Shown here: positions 40,020-52,300 of the stretch, in pieces | Layout of the letters: every line of letters begins with the position of its first letter | How positions within the stretch are numbered: the stretch's first letter is position 1 | Source: Dimorphilus gyrociliatus | Lineage: Eukaryota > Animalia > Annelida | Reading direction: 5' to 3' | DNA: 64,000 nt | NCBI GenBank assembly: GCA_904063045.1 | Contig: CAJFCJ010000007.1 | Coordinates: 4,409,404-4,473,403, forward strand | Program-made: the position numbers and the translations under genes | The notes under the pieces: generated by a model | What the model saw: the letters and a program-made list of their open reading frames with translations, nothing else | What the model was told of the DNA's origin: nothing | Databases searched by the model: none

Positions 40020-42819
40020 ATGGCACATGAAAACAAGAAGATCTACGAAGGCGTTCTCTTCTCCACTTTAGAAGAAAAAGATTCAATATCTCCATCTTCG
40101 CCTGTGACTGTTAATATACACTTGCAGGAGAGTTCGACTGGTTTTAAAGTGCTTGCTAAAAATGGTTAATTTATTACAAATTTATCAAAAAAAAAAAACG
40201 TGACCAATTTTTTTAAAACTGTTAATTAATTTTCTTTTTCTTAGAAGGTGCTTATGTAATAAGAGCTTTATCACATATTATACAATTAGCGACTTATTAA
40301 ATAGTAAATTTAAGAAAAGAAAATGCAGCGAATGGTAATTGACTCATATTTAGCACAAACCACGTGCGATTTGAAAAATGTTAACTACTGGTCGTTGTAC
40401 CGGTGTATGCTACGTTATTAATTGAATTAAGATATAATTACATTAAAACTAATATAACGAACGTTTTTAACGTATGGAAGAATATATTGATAATTTTCAA
40501 AAAATTGTCTAAGTTCTCCAGTTAAATGGAGCATAAAAAACACTCCCAAACCACGGTGATTCTTCCTAGCTTGCAATGATAGATTGCCCTAACTTTATCA
40601 AAAAGTTAAAATGTTGAACCTTATTTGCTATAAAAGAGATATAAGATTCAAATCATTGGCAGACTATAAAAAATGTGTATTTTTTGTAAAGGGAATGAAT
40701 CAGACTACAAATGTCTTATAATCTTTAATAGATGTTTTGAAAATAATTTCAGGCACTGGAGAGCCAGCAGAAATTGGGTTTGTCGACAAAACCACAGAAA
40801 TATGCAAAGTTGGCAAAAATACGGCTGTTGTAACGTTCGAAGAGAAAAGTATAAGCCTGAAGTTTCAAGCTGAAAATGGTTAGTATTGATAAACTTTAAG
40901 AGAATCTATCAACAGGCTCTGAAAGTAGTGCTCACTGTAATAAATAGGTGTCAAAATCTCCGTAGCTGTTAGTTTAGTAAAGAGCCACCAGGCGGAAACG
41001 TTAAATTTTAAAGGCTAAAATTTATCAGGCATATCAAGACAAGCATACCCACTTTACTTGCTATTCAAATTCAGTTTAGAAGCCTAATGCCAGACTTGGC
41101 AAGATATTATTCTATGAAATGTTAATTAGTTGTTTAAGCTACTTATTAGTAACACAACCGTGAGTCAATCATGTATTTTTAGCTGAGTGAGTGTGGAAGT
41201 CACAATGAATATTTTTAACAGTAATTATTTCTTTATTTTATAATAAAAGTAACTTTCTTGACATTTTTTTTTATAAATTATGTAGCGAATAATTTAATTG
41301 CTCATCGATTAAATTTGAAACGGGTTAGGTGAATAAAAAATAGCTAATTGATTCGGACATTCTAAAGTTAGAATGTCATTCCTTGTGAAATTGTCTACGA
41401 TTTTAATTTAATGTATGATACATGTATTATATTGGTTACACTTTTAATATCTCAACAGATTTTATATCGTTTTATGACAATGCGAAACGAGCTATTTCTC
41501 AGAAAACTAATTCGGTGTTCAAACTTCGAACTGAAGAAACTTCTGCGAAGCAATATTTTCAGTTTTACGGATACTTAGAGCGACAACAAAATATGTTGCA
41601 AGATTTTATACGAACAAGTACCTATCAAAAGGCAATGCTAAATAGTAATGAAGATTTTATGGGAAAGGTTGTTTTGGATGTAGGAGCAGGATCTGGAATT
41701 TTATCATTTTTTGCAGTACAAGCTGGTGCTAGGAAAGTTTATGCCGTCGAGGCATCGTCTATGGCCCAACATTGTAGAGAATTGGTTAAAAATAATAACC
41801 AGAGCGATAAAATAACTGTTCTCTCTGGAAAGATAGAAGAAATAGAATTACCAGAAAGTGTTGATATTATTATCTCGGAGCCTATGGGCTACATGTTGTT
41901 TAACGAACGTATGTTGGAATCTTTCTTGCACGCGAAGAAATGGTTAAAGAGCGGAGGACGAATGTTTCCAACAATAGCAAATTTGCACATAGTACCCTTT
42001 ATGGATGATGCTCTCTACTCTGAGCAATTCAGAAGGGCTAACTTTTGGTGTCAGACAAGCTTTCACGGAGTGAATCTGTCGAGTTTGCAGCAAGCAGCAT
42101 TGTCAGAATATTTTTGTCAACCCGTAGTTGACACATTCGATCCGAGAATTTGCTTAGGTAAACCCTTCAAACACATTCTTAATTTTGAGAAGGCAGAAGA
42201 AGAGGATTTACATCATATTGATGTTCCTGTTTCTTTTACGATAAACCAATCTGGAACATGTCATGGTTTAGCCTTTTGGTTCGATGTGGCCTTTTCTGGA
42301 AGTAAGGCAGAGCAAGAAGGTCCTGTTTGGCTATCGACTGCTCCATCGGAACCACTAACACATTGGTATCAGGTCAGATGCTTGATTCCTCAACCAATAT
42401 TGCTGAAAAGTGGAGACTCAATGACAGGAAGAGTTATTTTATCAGCTAATAAGAGACAAAGCTATGACGTTGATTTGGAGTTAGTGGCTCCAAATGGTGC
42501 AATGGTGGTTACCAACAAGCTGGACTTAAAGAACCCATATTTTAGGCACACTATACAAGGTGTTGCCCTGCCAGCTCATACAAGCAAAATAAGTCCTACT
42601 GATCAATACTTTTCAAACCAAAGTTCTTCTGCAGAACAAAATGTTTTATGCGACAATGTTCCAGGACAACCACCTAAGGGAACTGATGTTTTGGAAATGA
42701 CGAGCTCGGTTCCTATGAATCCTGCATATAACCCTGCAGCGGCGGCGATGAGTAGTGTTCACCAACCTCAGCCTATAAACTCTCTGTTTAACTTCCCAGT
42801 ATTCCGTGCTAGGATCTAG
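40020..42819 (+). CDS. CARM1: CARM1/PRMT4 paralogue 1, 3 exons, chimeric truncated C-terminus
   Basis: Exon 1 [11 protein letters not shown] (40020), exon 2 near 40753-40878, exon 3 41459-42819. Motifs [53 protein letters not shown]. The last ~11 codons align to antisense IFT56. Confidence 0.9.
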
Positions 42820-44037
42820 TCTGTTAAGTATGTCAAATGCCTTAGCAGAATAGTAATGTTGATCTGTCTTTTATCATTCATTTGATCTCAATTTAAAGAG
42901 ATGAAAGACTAAAGAGCAGTTTCAACTTTCAAATACAGTTTGTAGTCTAGATTTGCGTTTCTATTTATTATTTAATATGTAGCCAAACAGGACAAATAGG
43001 TATATTCCGATCTGCGTTAGTAATTTGTTATTAGAAGAAATACTTCTTCAGCCTTAGCAAACTCTTCAAAAGTTATAAAAGTCATTGTTAATATTATCCG
43101 ATAAGAAGTAATAAGACACCATATACTGCCTTCCACGTATTGAGTCTAATTAATTTAAATGCCATATAAATAGAATAATTATACAATTAATAATAAAAGA
43201 TGACAACGTACCACGTTCACCTTTAGAATCTCCAACGGATTTAAAGCATTCGTTCGCAAATTCTATGTATGATGACTAAAATATGAAAGGCTCTTTAGAT
43301 TAATATACATGTACATATATTGTTAATTACACAATACATTAGAAAGATTTCTTATTAAGTATTGATTTCAAAAAGAAAGAGTGAGCGAGCGAAAGAGGAA
43401 AAGGAGATTTTAATAATTCTCAAAACACGCTTGATGATAAAACATAAAAGGAAGAGAAACACATATATAATATTGAAGTGATTGTCATCTAAGCGATGAA
43501 TTAGAAATGTAAATTATTTCTAACGGTATTATCTATTATGAAGATAGCTACGCTGCCTATAAAAACGCTACTGAAGATTATAACTGTTGTGGATTTGTAT
43601 ATTGCTTAGACAATTTACGTGTATATCTCTCCTGCTCTAAAGTCTGTAAATGTATATTCTAACTACAAATAATCAATTGCTACAATTATTAAAAGTTCAT
43701 AACCTTCTTACAATCGCTCAAATGCTCAATAAGCTATCCAAATTCTACGGTCATACAGACTTATTTTGGCTATAATATGCTCTTCTAAAACAGTTATGGC
43801 ACCCATAAAAATCTCTTTTCTGTATGAATTTTGATAATGTAGGAAGTTCCTATCATTTATCTTGTCTTTTACATTCTTGAAAGTAACTTTACATAAGAGT
43901 GAATTAGCTATGATCTTTTAAGTATTTAAATTAACCATTTCGTAGATGTGTTATACTAAAAAATATTAAAACTAAGGAAAAAAAGTAATTATCAATATTT
44001 TTCTTAATAACAATAATAAGTAACCATCTGCAAAGTT
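42786..44037 (-). pseudogene. IFT56: IFT56 pseudogene remnant
   Basis: Fragments homologous to IFT56 exons and introns (e.g. agccaaacaggacaaataggtatattccga; cgtaccacgttcacctttagaatctccaacgg; gttatggcacccataaaa), with large internal deletions, frameshifts and no final exon. Confidence 0.88.
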
Positions 44038-44065
44038 AAATTTTAAAGTTATCTAAGTAAATAAA

Positions 44066-44140
44066 AAAGCTTAACAAACTGTGAAAAGTGCAAAGATGAT
44101 ACAGTTTTTCATATAAGCCATACTATTAGAATAATTCCGC
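44066..44140 (-). pseudogene. TMEM62: TMEM62 exon 1 remnant
   Basis: ttaacaaactgtgaaaagtgcaaagatgatacagtttttcatataagccatact matches 39608-39705 with a 42-bp deletion; the rest of the gene is absent. Confidence 0.75.
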
Positions 44141-44426
44141 TATTTACATTCCCCGTTTCTTTTTTTTCCATTTGTATTTATGTTGTAATATAAGTTTCGT
44201 CAAAACTTATTATATGATTTTGTCGTCTGCTGTTAGAGGCTTGTTACCAGTCTATTAAACTTTTTACGAAGATAACTCTTCTCTATATCCAATTTATTAT
44301 TTTTTTTGGTGCATTGATTAAATAAGAATAAAAAACGTATGGATTTCAGTGAGGAAAAATGTATAAATTAAATCAGACAAATACCAGTTTTTAAGCGGGA
44401 CAGTCTCATTTTCAAGTGCGATAAAA

Positions 44427-47400
44427 ATGGCGACTAAAGACAAGAAGCTCTATGAAGGCGTTTTGTTGACCAGTTTAGAAGAAAGAGAATCAGTATCTGC
44501 ATCCTTGCCTGTCGCAGTTAATATACTGTTACAGGAAAGTTCGACTGGCTTTAGAGTGTTTGCTAAAAATGGTTAGTTTATTAGAAATTTATCAAAAAAT
44601 AAAAACGTTTTTGGTGAAAGTAAACGCATGACCGGTTTTTTTAAAACTATTCATAAATTTTCTTTTCCTAGAATATGATTGAGTAATGATATCTTTACTA
44701 TCTTTTTTTATAATAAGAGACTTATTAAATGGAAAATTTAAAAAAAAAATAGACTCGTCCTAAAAGAAAATGAAGCGAATGATAATTGACTCTTGGTTTA
44801 AGCACAACACACATAGTGTTTGAATAAACGTTGACTGCTGGTCGTTGTACCGACGTATTCAGCGTTTTTAATTCGATTCAGATGCAATCACACTCAATCT
44901 GACATGTCAAACATTTTTAGCGAATGGAAGAATATATTGAAAATTTCTGAAAGTTCTTTAATTCGAAATTCTGTGTATTTTAATAATACAGAGCTGAGCT
45001 TTGGAAATACAGAGTCCCAGAGATATTAATTAATTGAGTTCTTGAGCAAAATTGAGCATACAAAAAAAACTCAGTTCTTCAAATATAAATTAGTGGTAGA
45101 TATAATATTTATTATACTTGTGATTAATTGAATTAACAATCAGATTCATAAAATATTCTTAAAATATCAAGTTATTGAAGCCACGATAATTCTCTTCCAA
45201 ACGTGAAATAATAGATTGCTCTAACTTTATCATCAGGTCCAAATGTTGAACCTTATTTGCTATAAAAGAGATATAAAGACTCAAATCATTTACAGAGACT
45301 AATAAAAATGTGTTTTTTTGTAAAGGGAATGAATCAATCAACAAATGTCTAATTTTTTAATAGATCCTTCGAAAATTATTTCAGGTACTGGAGATCCAGC
45401 AGAAATTGGGTTTATCGACAAAACCACAGAAATATGCAAAATTGGCAAAAATTCGGCAGTTGTAAGTTTTGAAGAGAAAGGCATAAGCCTGAAGTTTCAA
45501 GCTGAAAATGGTTAGTATTGATAAACTTTAAGAGAATCTATCAACAGGCTCTGAAAGTAGTGCACTTTGTAATAAAGAGGTATCAAAATCTCCGTAGCTG
45601 TTAGTTTAGTAAAGAGCCACCAGGCGGAAACGTTAAATTTTAAAGGCTAAAATTTATCAGGCATATCAAGACAAGCATACCCACTTTACTTGCTATTCAA
45701 ATTCAGTTTAGAAGCCTAATGCCAGACTTGGCAAGATATTATTCTATGAAATGTTAGTTAGTTATTTGAGCTACTTATTAGTAAAACAACCGTGAGTCAA
45801 TCATGTATTTTTAGCTGAGTGAGTGTGGAAGTCACAATGAATATTTTTAACAGTAATTATTTCTTTATTTTATAATAAAAGTAACTTTCTTAACATTTTT
45901 TTTTTATAAATTATGTAGCGAATAATTTAATTGCTCATCGATTAAATTTGAAACGGGTTAGGTGAATAAAAAATAGCTAATTGATTCGGACATTCTAAAG
46001 TTAGAATGTCATTCCTTGTGAAATTGTCTACGATTTTAATTTAATGTATGATACATGTATTATATTGGTTACACTTTTAATATCTCAACAGATTTAATAT
46101 CGTTTTATGACAATGTGAAACGAGCTATTTCTCAGAAAACTAATTCGGTGTTCAAACTTCGAACTGAAGAAACTTCTGCGAGCCAATATTTTCAGTTTTA
46201 CGGATACTTAGCACAACAACAAAATATGATGCAAGATTTTATACGAACAAGTACCTATCAAAAGGCAATGCTAAATAGTAATGAAGATTTTATGGGAAAG
46301 GTTGTTTTGGATGTAGGAGCAGGATCTGGAATTTTATCATTTTTTGCAGTACAAGCTGGTGCTAGGAAAGTTTATGCCGTCGAGGCATCGTCTATGGCCC
46401 AACATTGTAGAGAATTGGTTAAAAATAATAACCAGAGCGATAAAATAACTGTTCTCTCTGGAAAGATAGAAGAAATAGAATTACCAGAAAGTGTTGATAT
46501 TATTATCTCGGAGCCTATGGGCTACATGTTGTTTAACGAACGTATGTTGGAAACATTCTTGCACGCGAAGAAATGGTTAAAGAGCGGAGGACGAATGTTT
46601 CCATCGGAAGCACATTTGCACATAGCGCCTTTTATGGATGATGCTCTCTACTCTGAGCAATTTAGCAAGGCTAACTTTTGGTGTCAGACAAGCTTTCACG
46701 GAGTAAATCTGTCGAGTTTGCAGCAAGCAGCATTGTCAGAATATTTTTGTCAACCCATAGTTGACACATTCGATCCGAGAATTTGCCTAGCTAAGTCCTT
46801 CAAACACACTGTTAATTTTGGGAATACAGAAGAAGAGGATTTACATCATATTGATATTCCTGTTTCTTTTACGATAAACCAATCTGGAACATGTCATGGT
46901 TTAGCCTTTTGGTTCGATGTGGCCTTTTCTGGAAGTAAGGCAGAGCAAGAAGGTCCTGTTTGGCTATCGACTGCTCCATCGGAACCACTAACACATTGGT
47001 ATCAGGTCAGATGCTTGATTCCTCAACCAATATTTCTGAAAAGTGGAGATTCATTGGCAGGAAGAGTTATTTTATCAGCTAATAAGAGACAAAGCTATGA
47101 CGTTGATTTGGAGTTAATGGCTCCAAATGGTGCAATGGTGGCTAGCAACACTCTGGACTTGAAGAACCCATATTTTAGGTACACTGGCCAAGCTGTTGCC
47201 GCTCCACCTCATACAACCAATACAAGTCCTACCGAACAATACTGGACAACCCAGAATTCTTCTGCAGAACAGCAGATTTTATGTAACCTTATCCCAGCAC
47301 CACCACCGGATGGAAATGCTGTTTCGGAAATAACGAGTTCTGTTCCTATCAATCCTGGATCTATACCAGCGGCGGCGATAAGCATTGGTCGCCAACCCCT

Positions 47401-47509
47401 GCCTCAACCTATGAACTCACCAGCGTTTACAGTTTCGAACCAGTTTATGATAGCAGATTATGTTCTTCCTCAAAAGTCCTGTCACAATTCGTTTGTGAAG
47501 CATCTGTAA
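44427..47509 (+). CDS. CARM1: CARM1/PRMT4 paralogue 2, 3 exons, ancestral-type C-terminus
   Basis: Exon 1 [11 protein letters not shown] (44427), exon 2 near 45385-45510, exon 3 46092-47509. Canonical [18 protein letters not shown], and C-terminal FTVSNQFMI resembling the recalled CARM1 tail YAVNSQFTM. Confidence 0.93.
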
Positions 47510-48068
47510 TAAGCACGTCTCAGTTGTTGTTTTCTGTTTTCTTTTAAAATATGACTCGATTAGGTTTGGAGCGCTTCATATTGAAGATTTTTTTTTTTTG
47601 ATACTCCACGTATACTGTTCTCGAAAGTTCATCTTTAAGAAGATATCAGTCGTGTGTGTATGAGGCAGTGCAGTTCTGTAAGTTGCATTTTGAAAAGTAA
47701 TAAAAAGATTTGTGAGGGTTATTTTATATAAAGCATTATTTGTAAATATAACCAAAGAAACCTAAGTAAGTTTATATATCCGTTAATCGATTATCCATAT
47801 CACCTCTAAAAGCCAAGATATAAAATGAGTTCTTTTGTATTAAAATACATTTACAAATTTGCAACGCAGTTTAAATACGTCGGACATTTATTTGTTTGGT
47901 CTTTCAATTAGTAGCAATCGTTATGAATTTCAACAAGCATAATTAAAAGAATCGTTCATATGAGAGAAACTAAAGAATTAGTTAGTTCAAAACTGAAAAA
48001 AGAACGTTTAAGGCATTTTAAAGTTAACATAATCAATTTGTACTATACAGTATACAAGTAATTATTAA

Positions 48069-49314
48069 TTAATAACTATTAAGGCCAACAATTTCACTGC
48101 TTATGTTCCACAATTCATTGCAAACTCTATCATTTTGGCAATACTTTGCAGCTTTTCTTGGCTTGCATTCCCTAAATGGATAGAAAAGAAATATATAATT
48201 TTTTATTATAAAAAGTATATAATGCTTATACTTACATGAAATAAGATCCTGATTCTGACTCTATACCGGATTGAACACAGCAGTAGATCGGAGTCTGAGC
48301 ACCCTGAGTAGCAGTTTTAACGTAACTAATACGATCCGGATTTAATAAACATTTTGTGAAGAATAAAAAACAACAATCATCACCGCAGGATATGGTACTG
48401 GTTAAATTAGTTTTTACTATGCCCGGATGACATGAATACGATGTAACTCCAGATTCTGTGGAATTAGAAGATTGTTTTTGAACGGATTAAATATTAACTG
48501 TTAATTATCTTAATCTTAGTCTACCTGAAAATCTTCTGTGTAATTCTCTTGTGAACATAACATTCGCAGCTTTACTTCTACTATACAAGAAGTAAGTGCT
48601 GGGTCTACAACATCCTCTTTTAACGTGGAAGTCGTTAAACATCATATCAGTTCCTGAATAATGAGCTGTTGAAGATACGTTCACAATACGACTTGGGGCA
48701 CACTTTATTAGCAATTCCATTAATAGATTGGTTAAGAGGAAATGACCTAAGTGATTGGTCGCCATTATAGTTTCAAAGCCGTCTTGAGTGCTTTTCGATG
48801 TTGGTTTCATCATACCAGCATTATTTAACAAAATATCTAATCTTTCTTCCTCTAAAATTTATCAAAGAGTGATCTATTAATCGCTTAATATTATTATTAC
48901 TTAATTAAGTTACCTTGTTTGTATTCATCAGCAAACTTTCTTACACTTTTCATTGATGATAAATCAAGTTGCATCGTTTTTATCTTGCCATATATTCCCG
49001 TATCTTGTTCAATAGCAGTCTTTGCATCATTGCCCCGTTCTAAATTTCTGCAAGCTAAAATTACTTTTGCTCCTCTCCTAACAAAATCGCGAACACTTTC
49101 TTTTCCAATACCTGAATTTCCCCCAGTTACAATTGTGACTTTACCTTCTAAGGAAGTTGTAGATTGACAAACTGCATGTTCTATTATTCTATATAACACA
49201 AAATTATACTTATAGTAATGTTTCTATAAAAATATAAAGGATTACCCACTTCTGATCGTCGAATCCTGCGTCCCTAAGCTCTTTATTCGTTAACGAATGC
49301 CACATAGAAGACAT
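48069..49314 (-). CDS. Short-chain dehydrogenase/reductase, RDH11-14-like (paralogue A)
   Basis: TGGNSGIG, ACRN, LDLSS, DILLNNAG, NHLGHFLLT, VNVSS, YSRSK, HPG, GAQT. Exon 1 MSSMWHSLTNKELRD; stop at 48069-48071. Confidence 0.9.
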
Positions 49315-52300
49315 CTTGATGCGGTAGTTTAAATTTCAAAAATCACTAAAAATTTATCAATTTCCCAGGTAAGCTGCGAGATATGTTGCTGTAGATGAAA
49401 CAAATATCTTATCGATTCCAGTTAACCCTTAAGTCCCACAATCAAGGTCAAGGTTGCATAACATGGTGTTTTTTGGCGGGATATTATAAAATGATACGGA
49501 ATTTAGTCTTTAACTACATATCAATATCAAAATAACTACACATGATTTCGTTGATGCACTTATTCATCAGCTTATAGCGATAATACAACGAAAAAGAACA
49601 GAGTATTAATAATAGAGAGCAGGTTTATAAATAGAGGTCTACAAATACACTCACATTTACCCTTGTATACCACGAGGGGTAGATGTGCAGAAAGGATACG
49701 TTAATGAAACAGTTTCGTAGGCAATAATTACAGATTAAGGAAATATTTTATTATAAATTGTATTAATCATAATCTCTACCATACGCGTAAAATTGTAAGA
49801 AGGCACTATTCTCTCTCTTCTGCTGACGTACAGTAGTCATTAAAAGCTAGTTAGGATCTTTAAATAAAACAGCAAAAGAAGAATATTTTGCCTAATTCAT
49901 TATTTATATATATTTTCTATAGTCTAGATAATATCTTGTATTGTCTATTGTATAGAATAAAATAATGGAATTTATGGTAAAACTACCTGTACGTGACAGT
50001 ATATACTTGTCACCGAACAAAATCAATAGCTTTTCACTCTACGCCTCTGTTTTTCACTCTCTTTATAGCTCTTTCTTTCTCTCTCTCCCTCTCTCTCTCT
50101 TGTCTGCAGATATATATATATATATAGTATTTATATCTTCGTAAAGCTCTGCTTTTGAGAATATCCACTAAATTATTATCACTACTTCAATGTGTCCTTG
50201 TAAACTGCATACTTTTACTTTATTCAATTTTGCTTATATCTGATAAGCATGATACGTTTTTATTTTATTATCAAAAAATACTTACGAGGCGATAATTAAT
50301 TCCAATCCTCAATAAAACTTTATATCTTCTTTTGTTACAATGAATACATTACGTCTAAACACATGTATACAGGCGCCACCTATTATTTTCTTAATACTAT
50401 TTATTTAATTATGCAGTAATCGATTTTTAAGATATTTTTTTATGAATATATTATAATCGTAGATTATCCAATATTTTATATAAAAACAACACAGAATTTG
50501 CTTTTTTTTTCTCAACTTTGTCCCCATTTTTTTGCTCTCATCATTTTATTTTTGGATTGTATTAAGTATAAACAATATGAATGCTTGGCTAATTATTTAA
50601 TTAAAATCCTATACATAACAATATATCATTCAGGTGAAATGATTTGTTTTTTTTCAATTTACATACAAAACTTTTCTTGTAAACGGTCTTTTATCGTTAA
50701 GCATTATTTCAAAACCGAAAGTAGGATTTTTCTTGCATAAATGAATATATTACTTGTTGTTTAAGTAACTAGTAAATTCATTATTATTTTATATAATACA
50801 AAAATATTAATAGAATTTGATTTATAACCGTTAATTATTGATTAATAAATCTATATATAAGATAACTATAGTTTTATAAATTCGCTACGTAGCCAAACGA
50901 GAGATTATGATTATTATGGAGAAATCTGTGTAAAAGATGAAATGATTAATGATAATTGTAAATAAACGGTATATCTTTAAATTAAAGATCATTCAGAATA
51001 TAAGGAATATTAATAGACTAGAATTATTCTCTATGAAGTAAATATAATAGCAAATACATTGGATTTTTTCATTATTCAATAATACAATTTATCAATTAAA
51101 TCTAGATAAAATTTACAGAGAATCGTAGATGTCAATCAATCATCCCATGTAATTGTTATTAGTATATCTCTTAATTGAATGTACCTAATAGAAATTGCGC
51201 CGCATTCATTTTGTTAATGTTTCTTTTTAACCATCTATTTAGTTTAATACCCATTAGTTATACATAAATAATAATAAATAAAATCTACTAACAATTCTCT
51301 TTATCACGTTATACAACAAAGACAAAGCCACTAATAGAAATAGCTATATGAATGAGAGGGAGATAACCATAGTTGGGTTATAGATTTTACGACCTTTAAC
51401 AACACTCTTTTTCAAAACGGCGGTCATTACATACAGAAATATATAAAATATTATAATTAATTAGGTTAAAGTAGAAATTATACAACCTCAGTCTTGATAC
51501 CGTACTGATCTACTTAGTAAATAGGTTCAAAAATATCTTTCTCTGTTTTAACTACAGTAAAATGATAGTAGTTAATTTTCTTCTTCATTATTGGTAACAT
51601 TTTCGTAATCTACTATAAGAATACTATATATTTATCTATAATATTAAAATATTAATATTTATCGAATAAAACATATATTTAAAGAATGTTGAATATTAAT
51701 ATAGAACGTTTTCTAGGTATTAACCAATATTTAAATATATTCTAACCGTATTAGTAGTACTACTAGCTAGAGTTCCTCTAACAAGACACAAAACGAGGAC
51801 ATAAAGGTCACTAACTATTTATTATATATAAAGTGTGAGAGAGGTAGAGTTCAGAAACAGAACTTATACTATGGAAAATGATGCACTTTATAATTTTTTG
51901 CATTAATATTCAATTAAATAAACTAAAGTTAAGAATTTTAGTAATGGATAAAGGGTATTAAATTAGATATCTGGGTTATCAACACCATTTGCAACATATA
52001 GTTGTTATATAATCTTTTTTAATGATCATAAAATAAATGGCAAGGAAAGGCGACTATCGATGTGATGATGCTCTTTTTTGGAAATTTCATGAAAGGTAAT
52101 ATTATGGAAAAAGTATGTATATTTTCTATTTGAAAGATTTTATATAAAGCTCTATATAGCTTTTTTTTTATAAGTAACTCAAGTAAAAGCTTTTTTCAAT
52201 CAGTTTCTAATTAAAACAGCAGCTGATTATATATAAGCATCAAATCTTCTTTTATATTATAATATAGGACGAAAAATGACGGTCTATTCGACTATTTCAG

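Larger units (their letters stand above)
33355..42785. repeat. Tandem segmental duplication, unit 1 (3'-truncated IFT56 segment, TMEM62, CARM1)
   Basis: 42786 onward aligns to 33358 onward (constant offset 9428 at the junction). Later blocks of unit 2 align to 33800-34425, 35472-35805, 39605-39890 and CARM1. Confidence 0.85.
42786..47418. repeat. Tandem segmental duplication, unit 2 (collapsed to about 4.6 kb)
   Basis: Colinear remnants of IFT56 and TMEM62 exon 1/promoter, followed by an intact CARM1 that continues into the ancestral 3' end. Confidence 0.85.

Noticed and set aside
41367-41388. Perfect 9-bp hairpin gacattcta-aagt-tagaatgtc in CARM1 intron 2 (both copies)
   Set aside because: Too short for a miRNA or snoRNA call, no C/D or H/ACA boxes identified, and its presence in both copies is explained by duplication or conversion.
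9556-49328. Recurrent TGCGGTAG motif (~9557, ~14300, ~15318, ~49320)
   Set aside because: Only four short copies with no consistent position; cannot be distinguished from chance without a background model.
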